Below, in pieces: positions 36,352-47,189 of a stretch of DNA of 64,000 nucleotides. This stretch comes from Pachysolen tannophilus NRRL Y-2460 (taxonomy: Eukaryota), in the NCBI GenBank assembly GCA_001661245.1, contig KV454014.1, positions 1 through 64,000 on the forward strand, written 5' to 3'. The position numbers were made by a program, and so were the translations under genes. Position 1 is the first letter of the stretch. Each line of letters opens with the position of its first letter. Below the pieces are notes generated by a model, which saw only the letters and a program-made list of their open reading frames with translations, was not told the DNA's origin and ran no database searches.

Positions 36352-39300
36352 ATGGTTGAACCAGAAAATAGTGGTAGTAACGATTTTGATGGAGACGTTG
36401 AAATGCTGTCCAATGATCAAGTTAACGAAGAATCTGATAAGTTGGTAGATTTACCGGCGGATAGTGTGGAAGTAAAGCCGCTGCACGGCGGATCTGATGT
36501 GGCGGTAGAAGGGGACGCAAAGAGAATGAGGGAAAGTCTTGTTGGTGTTAGCGCTGATAATGAGCTAGAAGTTGTGAAAAGCAATGGGACAGAACAATTA
36601 CAGGAATTGCAAGAATTGCAAGATTCACAGGAATTACAAGAATTACAGGAATCACAAGAATCACAATTTTTACAAAATTTACAAAATTCACAAGAAATTA
36701 TTCAAGAGAATGATTTACAGTCTCAAATTATTCAATTGTTACCTGAAAATCCTAAAATCTATAAAACCTCAGATAGAATTTTGGATGATTTAATAAACGA
36801 TATTTCAATGTTTAAAATGGGGTTTAATAGTGGTATATTAGGATTGCCTACAATAATGTATGCATCGAATTTATCATATTATTTAAGTGAAAAACAATAT
36901 GCATCTGATTATAAATTATTAATTTTAAATAATCAATTGGCCTATGCTCCAAGTCAATTTATGCCGGAAGATGGATATACAATAATAAGAGGTTTAATAG
37001 TGGAGAATCGCGATAATTATATTCCTAATACATTGGTATCAAACGAATTATACCATGTTAAAATTATAATAAAAGAAGATGAAGAAATTTTTAAAAAAAA
37101 TCCAACAAGTATTAAACATACAAAAAAATGTTACAAGCATGGGTTTTTCAAAATTGAGGATGATGAATTGACCCCACAAAATAAAATCAAATTGATCACT
37201 AATTATAGAAAAGTGCTAGAAAATTCAAATTTAGAAAAAAAAGATTTACTGTTTGTTGAAAAATCAATACCAAACGTTATTGATTCAGCAAATTTTATAT
37301 GTAAAAGTTGCAAGTTAATCATAAGGTTGGAATTGTCTACAGCAGAATTTGATAAAGAAGCAATAAATAATTTTCAATTAGATGAAATACAACTAAGATT
37401 TAGCCGTTATATCTCACTGTTGAACGGTAAAGGAGAAGAAGATATTGCAGTTAATGAAAAAATTCCATCTATAGAACAATGTTTTACAACAGTGGGGAAA
37501 GTTGTAAAAGGACCTTTACAACGTTTGCCTAATGACGAAATTAAAAGTATTAGAGCAGATAATAAATCTGTTAATATACATTTAGGTATCGAGTTTATGA
37601 TAAATTATTTGAATTTTACAAACAATGAAGAAATGTCAGAACTATTCCCTCCAAACATGGAATTGCCATTAGTAAAGGAAAGTTATATAAGAAAATATTT
37701 TGAATCAATATATTATTCAAAAATGAGTAACCTAACTTACAGTGGAGAAAATATTATTTTGAAACATTTAAATGAAGCAGTACATTTTGGAGGAAATGCA
37801 TCATTGGATATAGAGGATCGCAAATTGGACCATTCCAAAGGTTACATAACGCTTTCCTGTAAAAATAGGGATTATTCAGATGAAAACATTAAGGAAATTT
37901 ATAAGATCTTAGTTACAATCGACCCTGCAAATGAAATGAAATATTTTGATTGCTTAAAAGAGGTTGCAAACTATAGAAGAACAACCAATATAATGACCTA
38001 CATTGCACAACTATCATCAGAGGGAAAAATTGGATTTGATGAATTATGTGAATATTATAAAACTTTACAAATTCCTTTAGATGCCAACGTGAATGATATT
38101 TCTGATGAAATTTTGATTGATCAATATAAGCTATTAGTTTCAAATACAACATCAAAATCATTGAAGGATTCATTAAGATCAAGTTTTTCAAAATTAGGAA
38201 AAATTAGACATAGTCTGTTTATTCAAGATTATTTGAATTCTGAGCCTTTAGATGATTTGGAACAGGCTTATAATAATCTTGATATAAGTGAATCTGTTGA
38301 TGATGATGTTGTTATCACTGCATATGGAATTAAGGTTGACGATTTCCCAACAGATACCAATTTGTACGATCGTTCATTATTGTCAATTGCTATTAATAGA
38401 AAGTCGTTCATGTTATTAGATTATATTGAAAATAATTTAGGCCATTTGAATTACTTCTTACCAATTGATTATAGTCAAGCTTTTTCGTATATTGGATGTG
38501 ATGAGTTGGCAAATGAATTTCAAATTATTACTATTTTCCAAGAAAGATTACTGAAAGATCATTCTTGTGATGTGAGATTGCTAAGAGCATACTTGAGAGA
38601 AATTGGACAAACTAGAAATTCTCAATTAATTCTCAACTTTCTAAAAACTGGAATTATTGATCAAAGATACTTGCCAGTGGAAAATACTCCAGTTGGTTTG
38701 AATAATATTGGTAATACATGCTATTTGAATTCTTTATTGCAATATTATTTTGTTATAGAACCTTTAAGATCTGAAATTTTAAAATTTAATGAGGTCTTGA
38801 CGAAAGAACTGTTTGAGTCAAATGAATTATTTTCTAGAAGAAGAATTGGTGGAAGAACTGTAGGATATAAAGAAACAGAAAGATCATATCAATTCATATA
38901 CCAACTACGAGATTTGTTTGAAGAATTAATCAAAAGCAATGAGAGATGTGTTTCTCCAAAAAAGGAATTGGCATATTTGGCATTTTCACCAAGTACGGAC
39001 GAGGTTGAATTTGATGTTTCCCAATTAGATGACGAAGATTTTGATGAACAAGGACTCACAGATAAAGATAAACAGCTAGTACTCAGATCAAACTCTACAG
39101 TCATTGCTAATTCGACTTCTTCACTAGAAAGTAGTCAGCATTCCACTAATACTTTATCTGTCGAAAATGAAAAGTCAATGGATATAGATTCCAAGGAGTC
39201 TGACACTGAGGCCACCCTTTTCGAAAATGAGACTGTTTTGGTTTCAAGTCCGCAGAAAAGAAGATTATCATCGGAATCTAGATCCGGAGGTAGTACTAAT

Positions 39301-40566
39301 ATTAAATCAATAAACAAAGGTAATGAAACCATACCTCTGGCTGATAACGAATCTTTGTTGGAAACTACCGATGAAGTCAACAAGGTCGATGACGACTCCT
39401 CTCTCCTGATAGATCGTGACAGTGTTACTGATGAACCAAAACTATTACATGAAAAAACTGAAAGGAAAAATACTTCCGCTATTTGCAAAATCAGTACGGA
39501 CCAAATGGAAAATGCTCTTGAAATGGGTAGACAACAGGATGTAACGGAATGTATTGAAAATGTATTATTTCAGATGGAAAGTGCATTTACTCCCACGGCA
39601 TTAGATGAGGACAACGAACAAATTGATTTGATCAAAAACTTGTTTTACGGTAAAACAAAACAGACTTTACAACCCATTGATCCGGAAACTGGCTCACCCC
39701 TTACTAGCGGTAATGTCAGATCAAAGGTTGAAAGATTTTTGAGTTTATTGGTTAATATTGGTGATCATCCTAAAGATATTTATGATGCTTTAGATACTTA
39801 TTTCACTGAGGATATAATCAATTTAGATGATGGTCAGGTAAAGAGAACTTTGACCATTGCAGAATTGCCTAAAATCTTACAGATTCAAATTCAAAGAGTT
39901 CAATTTGATAGAGAAAGGTATATGCCGGTTAAGTCTATTGATCCGATTCCTTTTGAAGAAAAAATTTATATGGATAGGTATATGGAAACTGATGATGATG
40001 AAATAATTGAAAAAAGAAAGGAAGTTTTCAACTGGAAAAAAGAAATAGCAAATCTAAACTCTGTAAAAGCAAAATTATCTGAGAAAATAGATGGTACACA
40101 GTATAATGCCAAGGACTCTTTGACCGTATTGAAAAATTATTTAGAATCTGGTACCTTGGATAATTTTGAAGGGATAAGTGTGAAGCCAGAAACTATTCTG
40201 ACGTTGAACGCCTTGATTGAAAGGATCTTTCTGAAAGAAACTTCGTTGAATAATGAGTTAGCTGTCTTGCAAAATAATATTGCTCAACAATTTACAAACT
40301 TCAACAAAATTGGATATTCAATTTTTGCCATATTTATTCATCGAGGAGAAGCATCATATGGCCATTATTGGATTTACATTAAAGACCCTAAGAGGAACGT
40401 TTATAGAAAATATAACGATGAAAATGTTAGTGAAGTTTCATTAAAAGAAGTTTTCAACTTTGATGAGGGAAACACAGCAACACCTTATTTTTTGGTTTAC
40501 GTGAAAGATGATTTGGAAGATGATTATGTTGAGCCTTTGAAAAGAGATCTAGAAAATATTAGCTGA
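36352..40566 (+). CDS. UBP2: Ubiquitin-specific protease
   Basis: Cys box GLNNIGNTCYLNSLLQY, QQDVTEC, His box HRGEASYGHYWIY; long repeat-containing N-terminus. Confidence 0.9.
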   Translation: MVEPENSGSNDFDGDVEMLSNDQVNEESDKLVDLPADSVEVKPLHGGSDVAVEGDAKRMRESLVGVSADNELEVVKSNGTEQLQELQELQDSQELQELQESQESQFLQNLQNSQEIIQENDLQSQIIQLLPENPKIYKTSDRILDDLINDISMFKMGFNSGILGLPTIMYASNLSYYLSEKQYASDYKLLILNNQLAYAPSQFMPEDGYTIIRGLIVENRDNYIPNTLVSNELYHVKIIIKEDEEIFKKNPTSIKHTKKCYKHGFFKIEDDELTPQNKIKLITNYRKVLENSNLEKKDLLFVEKSIPNVIDSANFICKSCKLIIRLELSTAEFDKEAINNFQLDEIQLRFSRYISLLNGKGEEDIAVNEKIPSIEQCFTTVGKVVKGPLQRLPNDEIKSIRADNKSVNIHLGIEFMINYLNFTNNEEMSELFPPNMELPLVKESYIRKYFESIYYSKMSNLTYSGENIILKHLNEAVHFGGNASLDIEDRKLDHSKGYITLSCKNRDYSDENIKEIYKILVTIDPANEMKYFDCLKEVANYRRTTNIMTYIAQLSSEGKIGFDELCEYYKTLQIPLDANVNDISDEILIDQYKLLVSNTTSKSLKDSLRSSFSKLGKIRHSLFIQDYLNSEPLDDLEQAYNNLDISESVDDDVVITAYGIKVDDFPTDTNLYDRSLLSIAINRKSFMLLDYIENNLGHLNYFLPIDYSQAFSYIGCDELANEFQIITIFQERLLKDHSCDVRLLRAYLREIGQTRNSQLILNFLKTGIIDQRYLPVENTPVGLNNIGNTCYLNSLLQYYFVIEPLRSEILKFNEVLTKELFESNELFSRRRIGGRTVGYKETERSYQFIYQLRDLFEELIKSNERCVSPKKELAYLAFSPSTDEVEFDVSQLDDEDFDEQGLTDKDKQLVLRSNSTVIANSTSSLESSQHSTNTLSVENEKSMDIDSKESDTEATLFENETVLVSSPQKRRLSSESRSGGSTNIKSINKGNETIPLADNESLLETTDEVNKVDDDSSLLIDRDSVTDEPKLLHEKTERKNTSAICKISTDQMENALEMGRQQDVTECIENVLFQMESAFTPTALDEDNEQIDLIKNLFYGKTKQTLQPIDPETGSPLTSGNVRSKVERFLSLLVNIGDHPKDIYDALDTYFTEDIINLDDGQVKRTLTIAELPKILQIQIQRVQFDRERYMPVKSIDPIPFEEKIYMDRYMETDDDEIIEKRKEVFNWKKEIANLNSVKAKLSEKIDGTQYNAKDSLTVLKNYLESGTLDNFEGISVKPETILTLNALIERIFLKETSLNNELAVLQNNIAQQFTNFNKIGYSIFAIFIHRGEASYGHYWIYIKDPKRNVYRKYNDENVSEVSLKEVFNFDEGNTATPYFLVYVKDDLEDDYVEPLKRDLENIS

Positions 40567-40880
40567 GGATAATCAGGTTAGTTAGGTTATGAGGCTTTTT
40601 TTTTCTTTTTTGCTTTTTCTTTTTTATCGACCATTTTTGTATGTATCTTTCTCTGATGTAAACTTCATTCAACGTTTTTATAGTTATACATTGTATTAGT
40701 AACTTATATTATGATCCCAGCTGCTGAATACAATTTCAAAAGGATCTTCTCAAGCAAATAAGTGTATATTTTCCGTTTATACAAAACATGTTGTCATAAT
40801 TCATTAAATTAAATTTATTATAATAAATCTGAATGTTTTAAAGACTCAAAGTAACAGAATATTGTGTATATAAAATATTT

Positions 40881-43800
40881 CTATATATTGGCATATTCAT
40901 CATCACTGTCGCCAAACTCATCTTGAAAACCATCATTTTTCTTAAATCCAGAATGAGCTGTATCTTCTTCAACCGCTTCTGAATCCTCAATCTTAATTTC
41001 AGACTCTCCGAATTCCTTTTTGGCTTCCATGACTTCTGTCTCTTCTACCTCCAGTGTTTTAGATTTCTTTTTGAAAGGTGACAGTACCTTCTTCACTTCT
41101 ATAATTTCTAAATCTTTGGAAAACTTCACATTACTACTAACTGGGACGATAGTTTCAATTTTCACATCAGGCATTGTAGGCTCTGGACCCGATAAAATAC
41201 CATCCAAGTTTATTTTTACACCAAGAATTAAACTTATAATAATAATAGCAGCAGGTTTTGATAAAACCAATGAATTTTCTTTACAAAAAGGTGCGGCACA
41301 GCATTCTGGACACCCCCAATCGCACTCACATTCTTTTAATTTTTCCAATGATTCTTGAAGAATGTCATCTATATGCTCAAATGCTTTGGTTGATAAACCA
41401 GATCCAAACTGACCAGCCTTTGCATCGTAAAAGATCAAACGAGCTGGCCTTTTACGTGCAGTTTGCCTTTCTGCAAATTCTTTTTCTGGTGCCTTGCACT
41501 CGGTTTGAATTTCATCAGCTCCACTTACAATAAATAATGGAAGCAAAGTCATTATCACATGTTCTGCAGCATGAATACCAGCCAGGGAATTCAATTGTTT
41601 CGATTCGATCATTTCCAAAGCTTGCTTAGGAATGTCTATCCATAAACCTTTCGATTTAATGATAATTGGTGGATTATGAACTTCAACGGCATCTAAGATT
41701 CTTTTTTGTTTATCAATTTTGAAAAACCCAAACACAACAATAGTAGTCTCAATTTTTCCAAAGTAAATTGGGACATCTGAATCACTAGTTGCCAAATTTC
41801 TAATTAATTCAATCTCTACTGGATCAACATTAGTGAAATCTCTTTGAGAAGTCGTCCAGTCAACATTACACCTTTCTACTTTAGCATATTTTGCATCCGG
41901 ATTGAACTCTTTAACTAAATAAGGATATCCCTGGTGAATAAAAATTCCCCCATCATATAAAGTAAAACTGGTCCTTGACGCTTCAATTTCTTCAATAACT
42001 GTATTTCTTCCATTAGTAATATCAACAACTGCATACATATCTTCTTCTATGGCTCTAATTGAAACATCTTTTGGTGGCCATGGCAAAAATCTATTATGAC
42101 AATGATAAGAGTTATCTTTTTTATCAAAAATTAACCTTTCATCTACTATCTTTCTCAAATTTTCCAAATTACCAAAAAATTCAACTTCTTTATTCAAATT
42201 AGTTATTGGAATTTCAAATGCTGCACATTGGATATGACCTTCCAAAACTAACATATTATTGAAGTCTAAAAGCAAGTCCTGATAATCGTCTTTAATCAAT
42301 TCTTCTGGATGCTTCATGTAATGTTGATTCACTGGATCATCACTTCCAACGAGCAATGTCAAAGAATCTTTATTCCTTCTACCAGCTCTACCACTTTGTT
42401 GTTTGAAATTAGCCATTGAAAGTGGAAACCCACATATTAAAACAGCATCTAAAGAACCAATATCAATTCCCAACTCCAATGCATTAGTAGAGATAATTGC
42501 TTTTAGGTTACCATTAAACATTTCCAGTTCAATTTTACGACGGTCACTAGGTGAATAGCCACCCCTATAACTCATCACTTGTCCTATCGAATCATTTTTT
42601 TCCATCTTCTCAAGCCTTGATCTCACTTCCTTCATTAATAATTCACATACTTTTCTTACAACACAAAATGCAATTGTTCTAACGTTGTTTAACATTAGTT
42701 CCACTATAAGTTTTGCACTTTCTGCAATAAAAGACTCTCTACCATTTCTTGGATCAATAGGATTTAGATAAGGAGGATTCCATACTACCAAATGCTTTTC
42801 ACCTGATGGAGAACCATCCTCCCCAACATGTATTATATCGCGAACACCAAATATGTTATACATATGTTGTAATGGTGACTTCAAAGTTGCTGAACAAGAT
42901 ATAAATTGTAAATTCTCATTTCCTAAAGATGCACAAATTCTTCTCAATCTTCTCATTATTAAGGCCACATGAGAACCAAATAATCCTTTATACATATGTA
43001 ACTCATCTACAACCACATATCTTAGTCTCCTGAGAAATTCACTCCAACTTCTATGACTTGGTAATATACTAGTGTGTAACATATCAGGGTTAGTGAAAAT
43101 AACATTTGCATTTCTTTTTATATAATTTCTCTTTGAATTTTCCGTATCCCCATCAAATGTCTCTATGATTATATTATCTAAGTTTGGAATGTGATGCAAT
43201 AATTCAGAGAGTGATCTTTTCTGATCTTGAGCTAAAGCTTTTGTAGGGAAAATAAACACTGATCTAATATCTAGACCTTCCTCTAAAGATTTTACAACAG
43301 GAACCTGATAAATTAAGGATTTCCCAGAGGAAGTTGAAGTAGATATTATCACATTCTTACCATCATGAATAGCATTTAATGCCTGGGCTTGATGAGAATA
43401 GAAATGTTCAATTTTTTTCATGTTATATAAAGCATTCCATAAATAATCAGATAATTCAAAATTCAAATCACCAAACTTTGGAGGTCTTGGTTCAATTAAA
43501 AACTCTCCATTTTCAACTATTTGATTTTTATAAAAATTTGCATTTTTCAATTTTTCAATAAATTTTGGAATACTAGGTCTATCATTTGTTCTTGTCAATC
43601 CTTTAACATCATTATTCAGTGCTAGACTATTTTTCAACATTGCTTCCACAGGATCAACATAATTTTTCGGTTTAGGAATAAGTTTTTCTGACAAAGTATT
43701 CAACTCAGCCATTGGATCAACAATCCCTTTATTTTGGCAATCAGTTAAGAATAAAGATATAACTTTATTAAATTTTGAATTTCTTCGAAGAATTAATTTC

Positions 43801-44291
43801 TTCATTGATTCAGGAGTATATACAGGTAATTTGACCTCAGTCTTAAAATAAGTCTTTGTCTTTGATTTTTTCAAGTTACCATCTATGAATTCAAATACTA
43901 AAAGCTGTTTAGAATGTTTCTCCTCATCTTCATCATTTTTCAAATCATAGATATCAACATCTTTTTGAGTATAACCTTTAGAAAATTGAAAATGTTTATC
44001 TTCCAATAAAAACTGATTCTCATCCACATACTCAAACAAAATATCCTCGGGCAATAAATACAAGAGTTTAGCAACATCATGATATGTCAAAGGTCTCTTT
44101 ATAACATTTTCAGCTGATGACTTGACAATATCAAATGTTGTGATAACATGTTTCCTCGAACTTAAAAATGTAAAATAAGAATTTAATCTAAAATGAATCT
44201 TTTCCAACTCTTGAAACAGCTCAGGCCATTCTGATTTATCAACCAACTTGTCCCCTTCAACCTTAATACGCTTATTGGGGTTTGAACTCAT
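40881..44291 (-). CDS. HRQ1: RecQ4-like helicase
   Basis: TSTSSGKS, VVDELH, SAT, QQSGRAGRR, HAAEH and CECDWGCPEC zinc motif. Confidence 0.92.
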   Translation of the reverse strand: MSSNPNKRIKVEGDKLVDKSEWPELFQELEKIHFRLNSYFTFLSSRKHVITTFDIVKSSAENVIKRPLTYHDVAKLLYLLPEDILFEYVDENQFLLEDKHFQFSKGYTQKDVDIYDLKNDEDEEKHSKQLLVFEFIDGNLKKSKTKTYFKTEVKLPVYTPESMKKLILRRNSKFNKVISLFLTDCQNKGIVDPMAELNTLSEKLIPKPKNYVDPVEAMLKNSLALNNDVKGLTRTNDRPSIPKFIEKLKNANFYKNQIVENGEFLIEPRPPKFGDLNFELSDYLWNALYNMKKIEHFYSHQAQALNAIHDGKNVIISTSTSSGKSLIYQVPVVKSLEEGLDIRSVFIFPTKALAQDQKRSLSELLHHIPNLDNIIIETFDGDTENSKRNYIKRNANVIFTNPDMLHTSILPSHRSWSEFLRRLRYVVVDELHMYKGLFGSHVALIMRRLRRICASLGNENLQFISCSATLKSPLQHMYNIFGVRDIIHVGEDGSPSGEKHLVVWNPPYLNPIDPRNGRESFIAESAKLIVELMLNNVRTIAFCVVRKVCELLMKEVRSRLEKMEKNDSIGQVMSYRGGYSPSDRRKIELEMFNGNLKAIISTNALELGIDIGSLDAVLICGFPLSMANFKQQSGRAGRRNKDSLTLLVGSDDPVNQHYMKHPEELIKDDYQDLLLDFNNMLVLEGHIQCAAFEIPITNLNKEVEFFGNLENLRKIVDERLIFDKKDNSYHCHNRFLPWPPKDVSIRAIEEDMYAVVDITNGRNTVIEEIEASRTSFTLYDGGIFIHQGYPYLVKEFNPDAKYAKVERCNVDWTTSQRDFTNVDPVEIELIRNLATSDSDVPIYFGKIETTIVVFGFFKIDKQKRILDAVEVHNPPIIIKSKGLWIDIPKQALEMIESKQLNSLAGIHAAEHVIMTLLPLFIVSGADEIQTECKAPEKEFAERQTARKRPARLIFYDAKAGQFGSGLSTKAFEHIDDILQESLEKLKECECDWGCPECCAAPFCKENSLVLSKPAAIIIISLILGVKINLDGILSGPEPTMPDVKIETIVPVSSNVKFSKDLEIIEVKKVLSPFKKKSKTLEVEETEVMEAKKEFGESEIKIEDSEAVEEDTAHSGFKKNDGFQDEFGDSDDEYANI

Positions 44292-44499
44292 AACAAAGCC
44301 ACCACAATCCTATCAACCTATATCATCAACTCCAAATATAATGAATCAACTTTACAACTACAAGTCAAAAATGACATTTATATATCATATATATTTATAT
44401 ATCAACTACTATATTGATAAAGAGTTCACTACTTGAGAATATATAACTTGTCGTTGCTATTCTATACAATCAACTACAAGAATCAACAAAAGAAGAGCT

Positions 44500-46710
44500 T
44501 TAGGAATGTTTTTTGAACTTTCTGAAGCTCATGGAAAGTTTTCTGCCCAAAGCGTGGCCACTTCCAGTAGAATGTGATGTATTTGTGTGTCCTAATTTCT
44601 TATCAAAGTCGGATTTTAGGTCGTCAACAATATCACTATTAACAGTTCTTGTACTTTCAGGGTCTCTTGAGAGATCACTATTTCTTCCGCTTGTAGAATC
44701 ATGATATTTGTCGCTGAATGAGGAATGGGTTTCGCTTCTTTCGCTTAATGGGGTGCTGCTGCTACTGTTTTTGCGAAGTTTTGTGTGTGAACCATTTTTA
44801 TTGAAATACGTGCTGATACTTCCATTCTTTGGTCTTTGTTGTTGTTGAGTTTTCTTTTTTGGCAGATTTGAATTCAAGATATTGTTCTCTCTCCTTTGTA
44901 ATGCAGGGCTTTCAGGTAAAGCCTTTGTTCTTGAAAGGCGGAAAAGTTGTTGAACTGGTTTTAAATAAATTGATGCTAAAGTACCAATATTTAATTCCAA
45001 TTCTTCCAAGATCGATTGATCAATCTTATCACTATCGGTTGATATGGCTGGTATATCGCAGCGTATTATTGATTTTGCAGTTTCTAAATCGCGTGATAAT
45101 AGTCTCCAGTAATAGAAACCTCTTTCTCTTAAATCTGGATTATCTGTTTCTTCAGTACACATTTTCAATGTTCTTCCAAGTAAATCTGAACTTTTCAAAG
45201 GTAACATTACATATAATTTAACAACTGCAGTCAAGAAACATAATTGAACATCAACTGGATCATCTTTTAAATTTATTGAAAAATCATCTAATAATAAATG
45301 CGAATTTTCAATAGAATCACAATATTGACCAATAATCCATATAGCTGCCAGTTTTGAGTCTGGTTCATCTATTAATTCAATTCTGCTGATCAATAAAAGT
45401 ATTGAATCATTAAATTTCCCTGGATATTTTCTCAAGATGTTTTTCAATACAATAGCTGATTCTTGAACAATATACGATATTCCATCTTGAATTAAATTAT
45501 TCAATACTTCCACACAATCCCCTGCAGTGGATTCAATTTTAACTGCTAAGTTTCCAATAGCTCTAATTGCCTTCCTTGCCATTTGAAGATCAACTTCAGT
45601 GGCATATTCTTCAAATTCAGTTAATACAATATCAAGATTATTTTCATCTGCTAATAAATAAATAATTTCAAGTTTAGTATCCTTGACATAAATTGGGTCA
45701 TCATATTTGCAAAAAAAAACTGTAACATCTAATTCAACAAGACTTGCTTTACTTAATAATAATAATATGACATTTCTTAAAACTAAAAATTGAATTTCTG
45801 GTGGTTTTGATAACATTGAAACAAGTGAATTACCTAATCTTTTGGAAAGAGATGGTATTACATCTTCAGGATTACGTACATAGTTTGAATAAAAAACTAA
45901 AACTTTTAATGCATTTAATACAACACTTGAATTTTCATGTTGTAAAATTGGTAATATCTTATCTATTATCAATAAAGCATCATCACTTGTTTGTGGTACA
46001 TATGATGGTAATGAATTCAAAACATATATTACAGACCATTCGTTACACCTATGCAAATTGTCAATCAAAGTTAATGCATGATTCTTACTAATCGTTAATT
46101 GTAAACTTGGATGTCTTTCAGTAATATCACTCAATGATGCTAAAGCTGCTGAAACAACCGTCCAATTTTCATCATTTAATAAATTATTCAAACTTTCTAT
46201 AAGATTTTCACCACATGCTAATTCAAAATTAAATTCATAAATTTTTGATACAGCAAAACAAGAAGTCTTTCTCACATATGGATCTTGATCTTTTAATAAC
46301 TGTCTTAATAAAGGAATAAACTTATTCAATTCTAAATTTATAGATGATATTGTCCGAAGTGCCAATGCCTTAATAAGTGAAGAATTCGAAGATAAATCAA
46401 CTCTTAATATCAGTAATGCTTTTGATCCAAATTCAGAACTATTTGAAGAATAAGTAACAAAGTAATAACATAACATTTTTTTTAATTCCAAATCATTTTC
46501 AGAACCTTCCAACATCTTAATAATCTCCGGAAATAAATTGACCATCTCATTATTATTCATAGTAACATTCGCCAAAATTTTCCGAAGAATTTGTTTCTTC
46601 CGATGAATAGATGTCTTTGAAGACGATTTCTTATCATCGATTTGATTCAATTCTCGCAAAAGCTCACTTGCTCTGATCTTGGTGAAAAATTTATCATTTC
46701 CATCAGACAT
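44500..46710 (-). CDS. APL1: AP-2 adaptor beta subunit
   Basis: Adaptin N repeats (DPYVRKT, YDDPIYVKDTKLEI, EYATEVD, NPDLRERGFYYWRLL). Confidence 0.8.
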   Translation of the reverse strand: MSDGNDKFFTKIRASELLRELNQIDDKKSSSKTSIHRKKQILRKILANVTMNNNEMVNLFPEIIKMLEGSENDLELKKMLCYYFVTYSSNSSEFGSKALLILRVDLSSNSSLIKALALRTISSINLELNKFIPLLRQLLKDQDPYVRKTSCFAVSKIYEFNFELACGENLIESLNNLLNDENWTVVSAALASLSDITERHPSLQLTISKNHALTLIDNLHRCNEWSVIYVLNSLPSYVPQTSDDALLIIDKILPILQHENSSVVLNALKVLVFYSNYVRNPEDVIPSLSKRLGNSLVSMLSKPPEIQFLVLRNVILLLLSKASLVELDVTVFFCKYDDPIYVKDTKLEIIYLLADENNLDIVLTEFEEYATEVDLQMARKAIRAIGNLAVKIESTAGDCVEVLNNLIQDGISYIVQESAIVLKNILRKYPGKFNDSILLLISRIELIDEPDSKLAAIWIIGQYCDSIENSHLLLDDFSINLKDDPVDVQLCFLTAVVKLYVMLPLKSSDLLGRTLKMCTEETDNPDLRERGFYYWRLLSRDLETAKSIIRCDIPAISTDSDKIDQSILEELELNIGTLASIYLKPVQQLFRLSRTKALPESPALQRRENNILNSNLPKKKTQQQQRPKNGSISTYFNKNGSHTKLRKNSSSSTPLSERSETHSSFSDKYHDSTSGRNSDLSRDPESTRTVNSDIVDDLKSDFDKKLGHTNTSHSTGSGHALGRKLSMSFRKFKKHS

Positions 46711-47189
46711 CTTTCAACACCATACAACACCAAGATTTTACCTTTACCACACACAATCTCGCACTTGAATCACAACAATTAATATTTCAATAACATAAAC
46801 TAGTTGTTGTTGTTGTTGTAAAGGAAGGCTCTTCTCGGATATTACCCATTTATAGCATTGGTTGGTTTGAGCTGCGGCGCACGACCTCCAAATTTATCAT
46901 CAACATTATCAGAAGGAAGAAATGGAGTTACAAATTGACGAATTTGAGTACTAAAAAATGTATTTCAAGAGTAAAAAAAAAGTGTGATGGGTATATATAG
47001 AAAGAAATTAAAGAAATTAAGAAAAAAAAAGAATAATTACCCAAAGAATTAGTATATAAAAAAGAACAAAAGAAAAAAAAAAAAAAAAGAAGAAAAAAAA
47101 AATAATTGATGTGCCGTTCCCTCCCCGTATGCCTTTACCATTGCCGTTACCGTTACCGTTACCGTTTGAGTTTTGAAAAGCATTCAAGA

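Noticed and set aside
36592..36700. ELQ/ESQ repeat in UBP2
   Set aside because: Ordinary 9-bp coding minisatellite.
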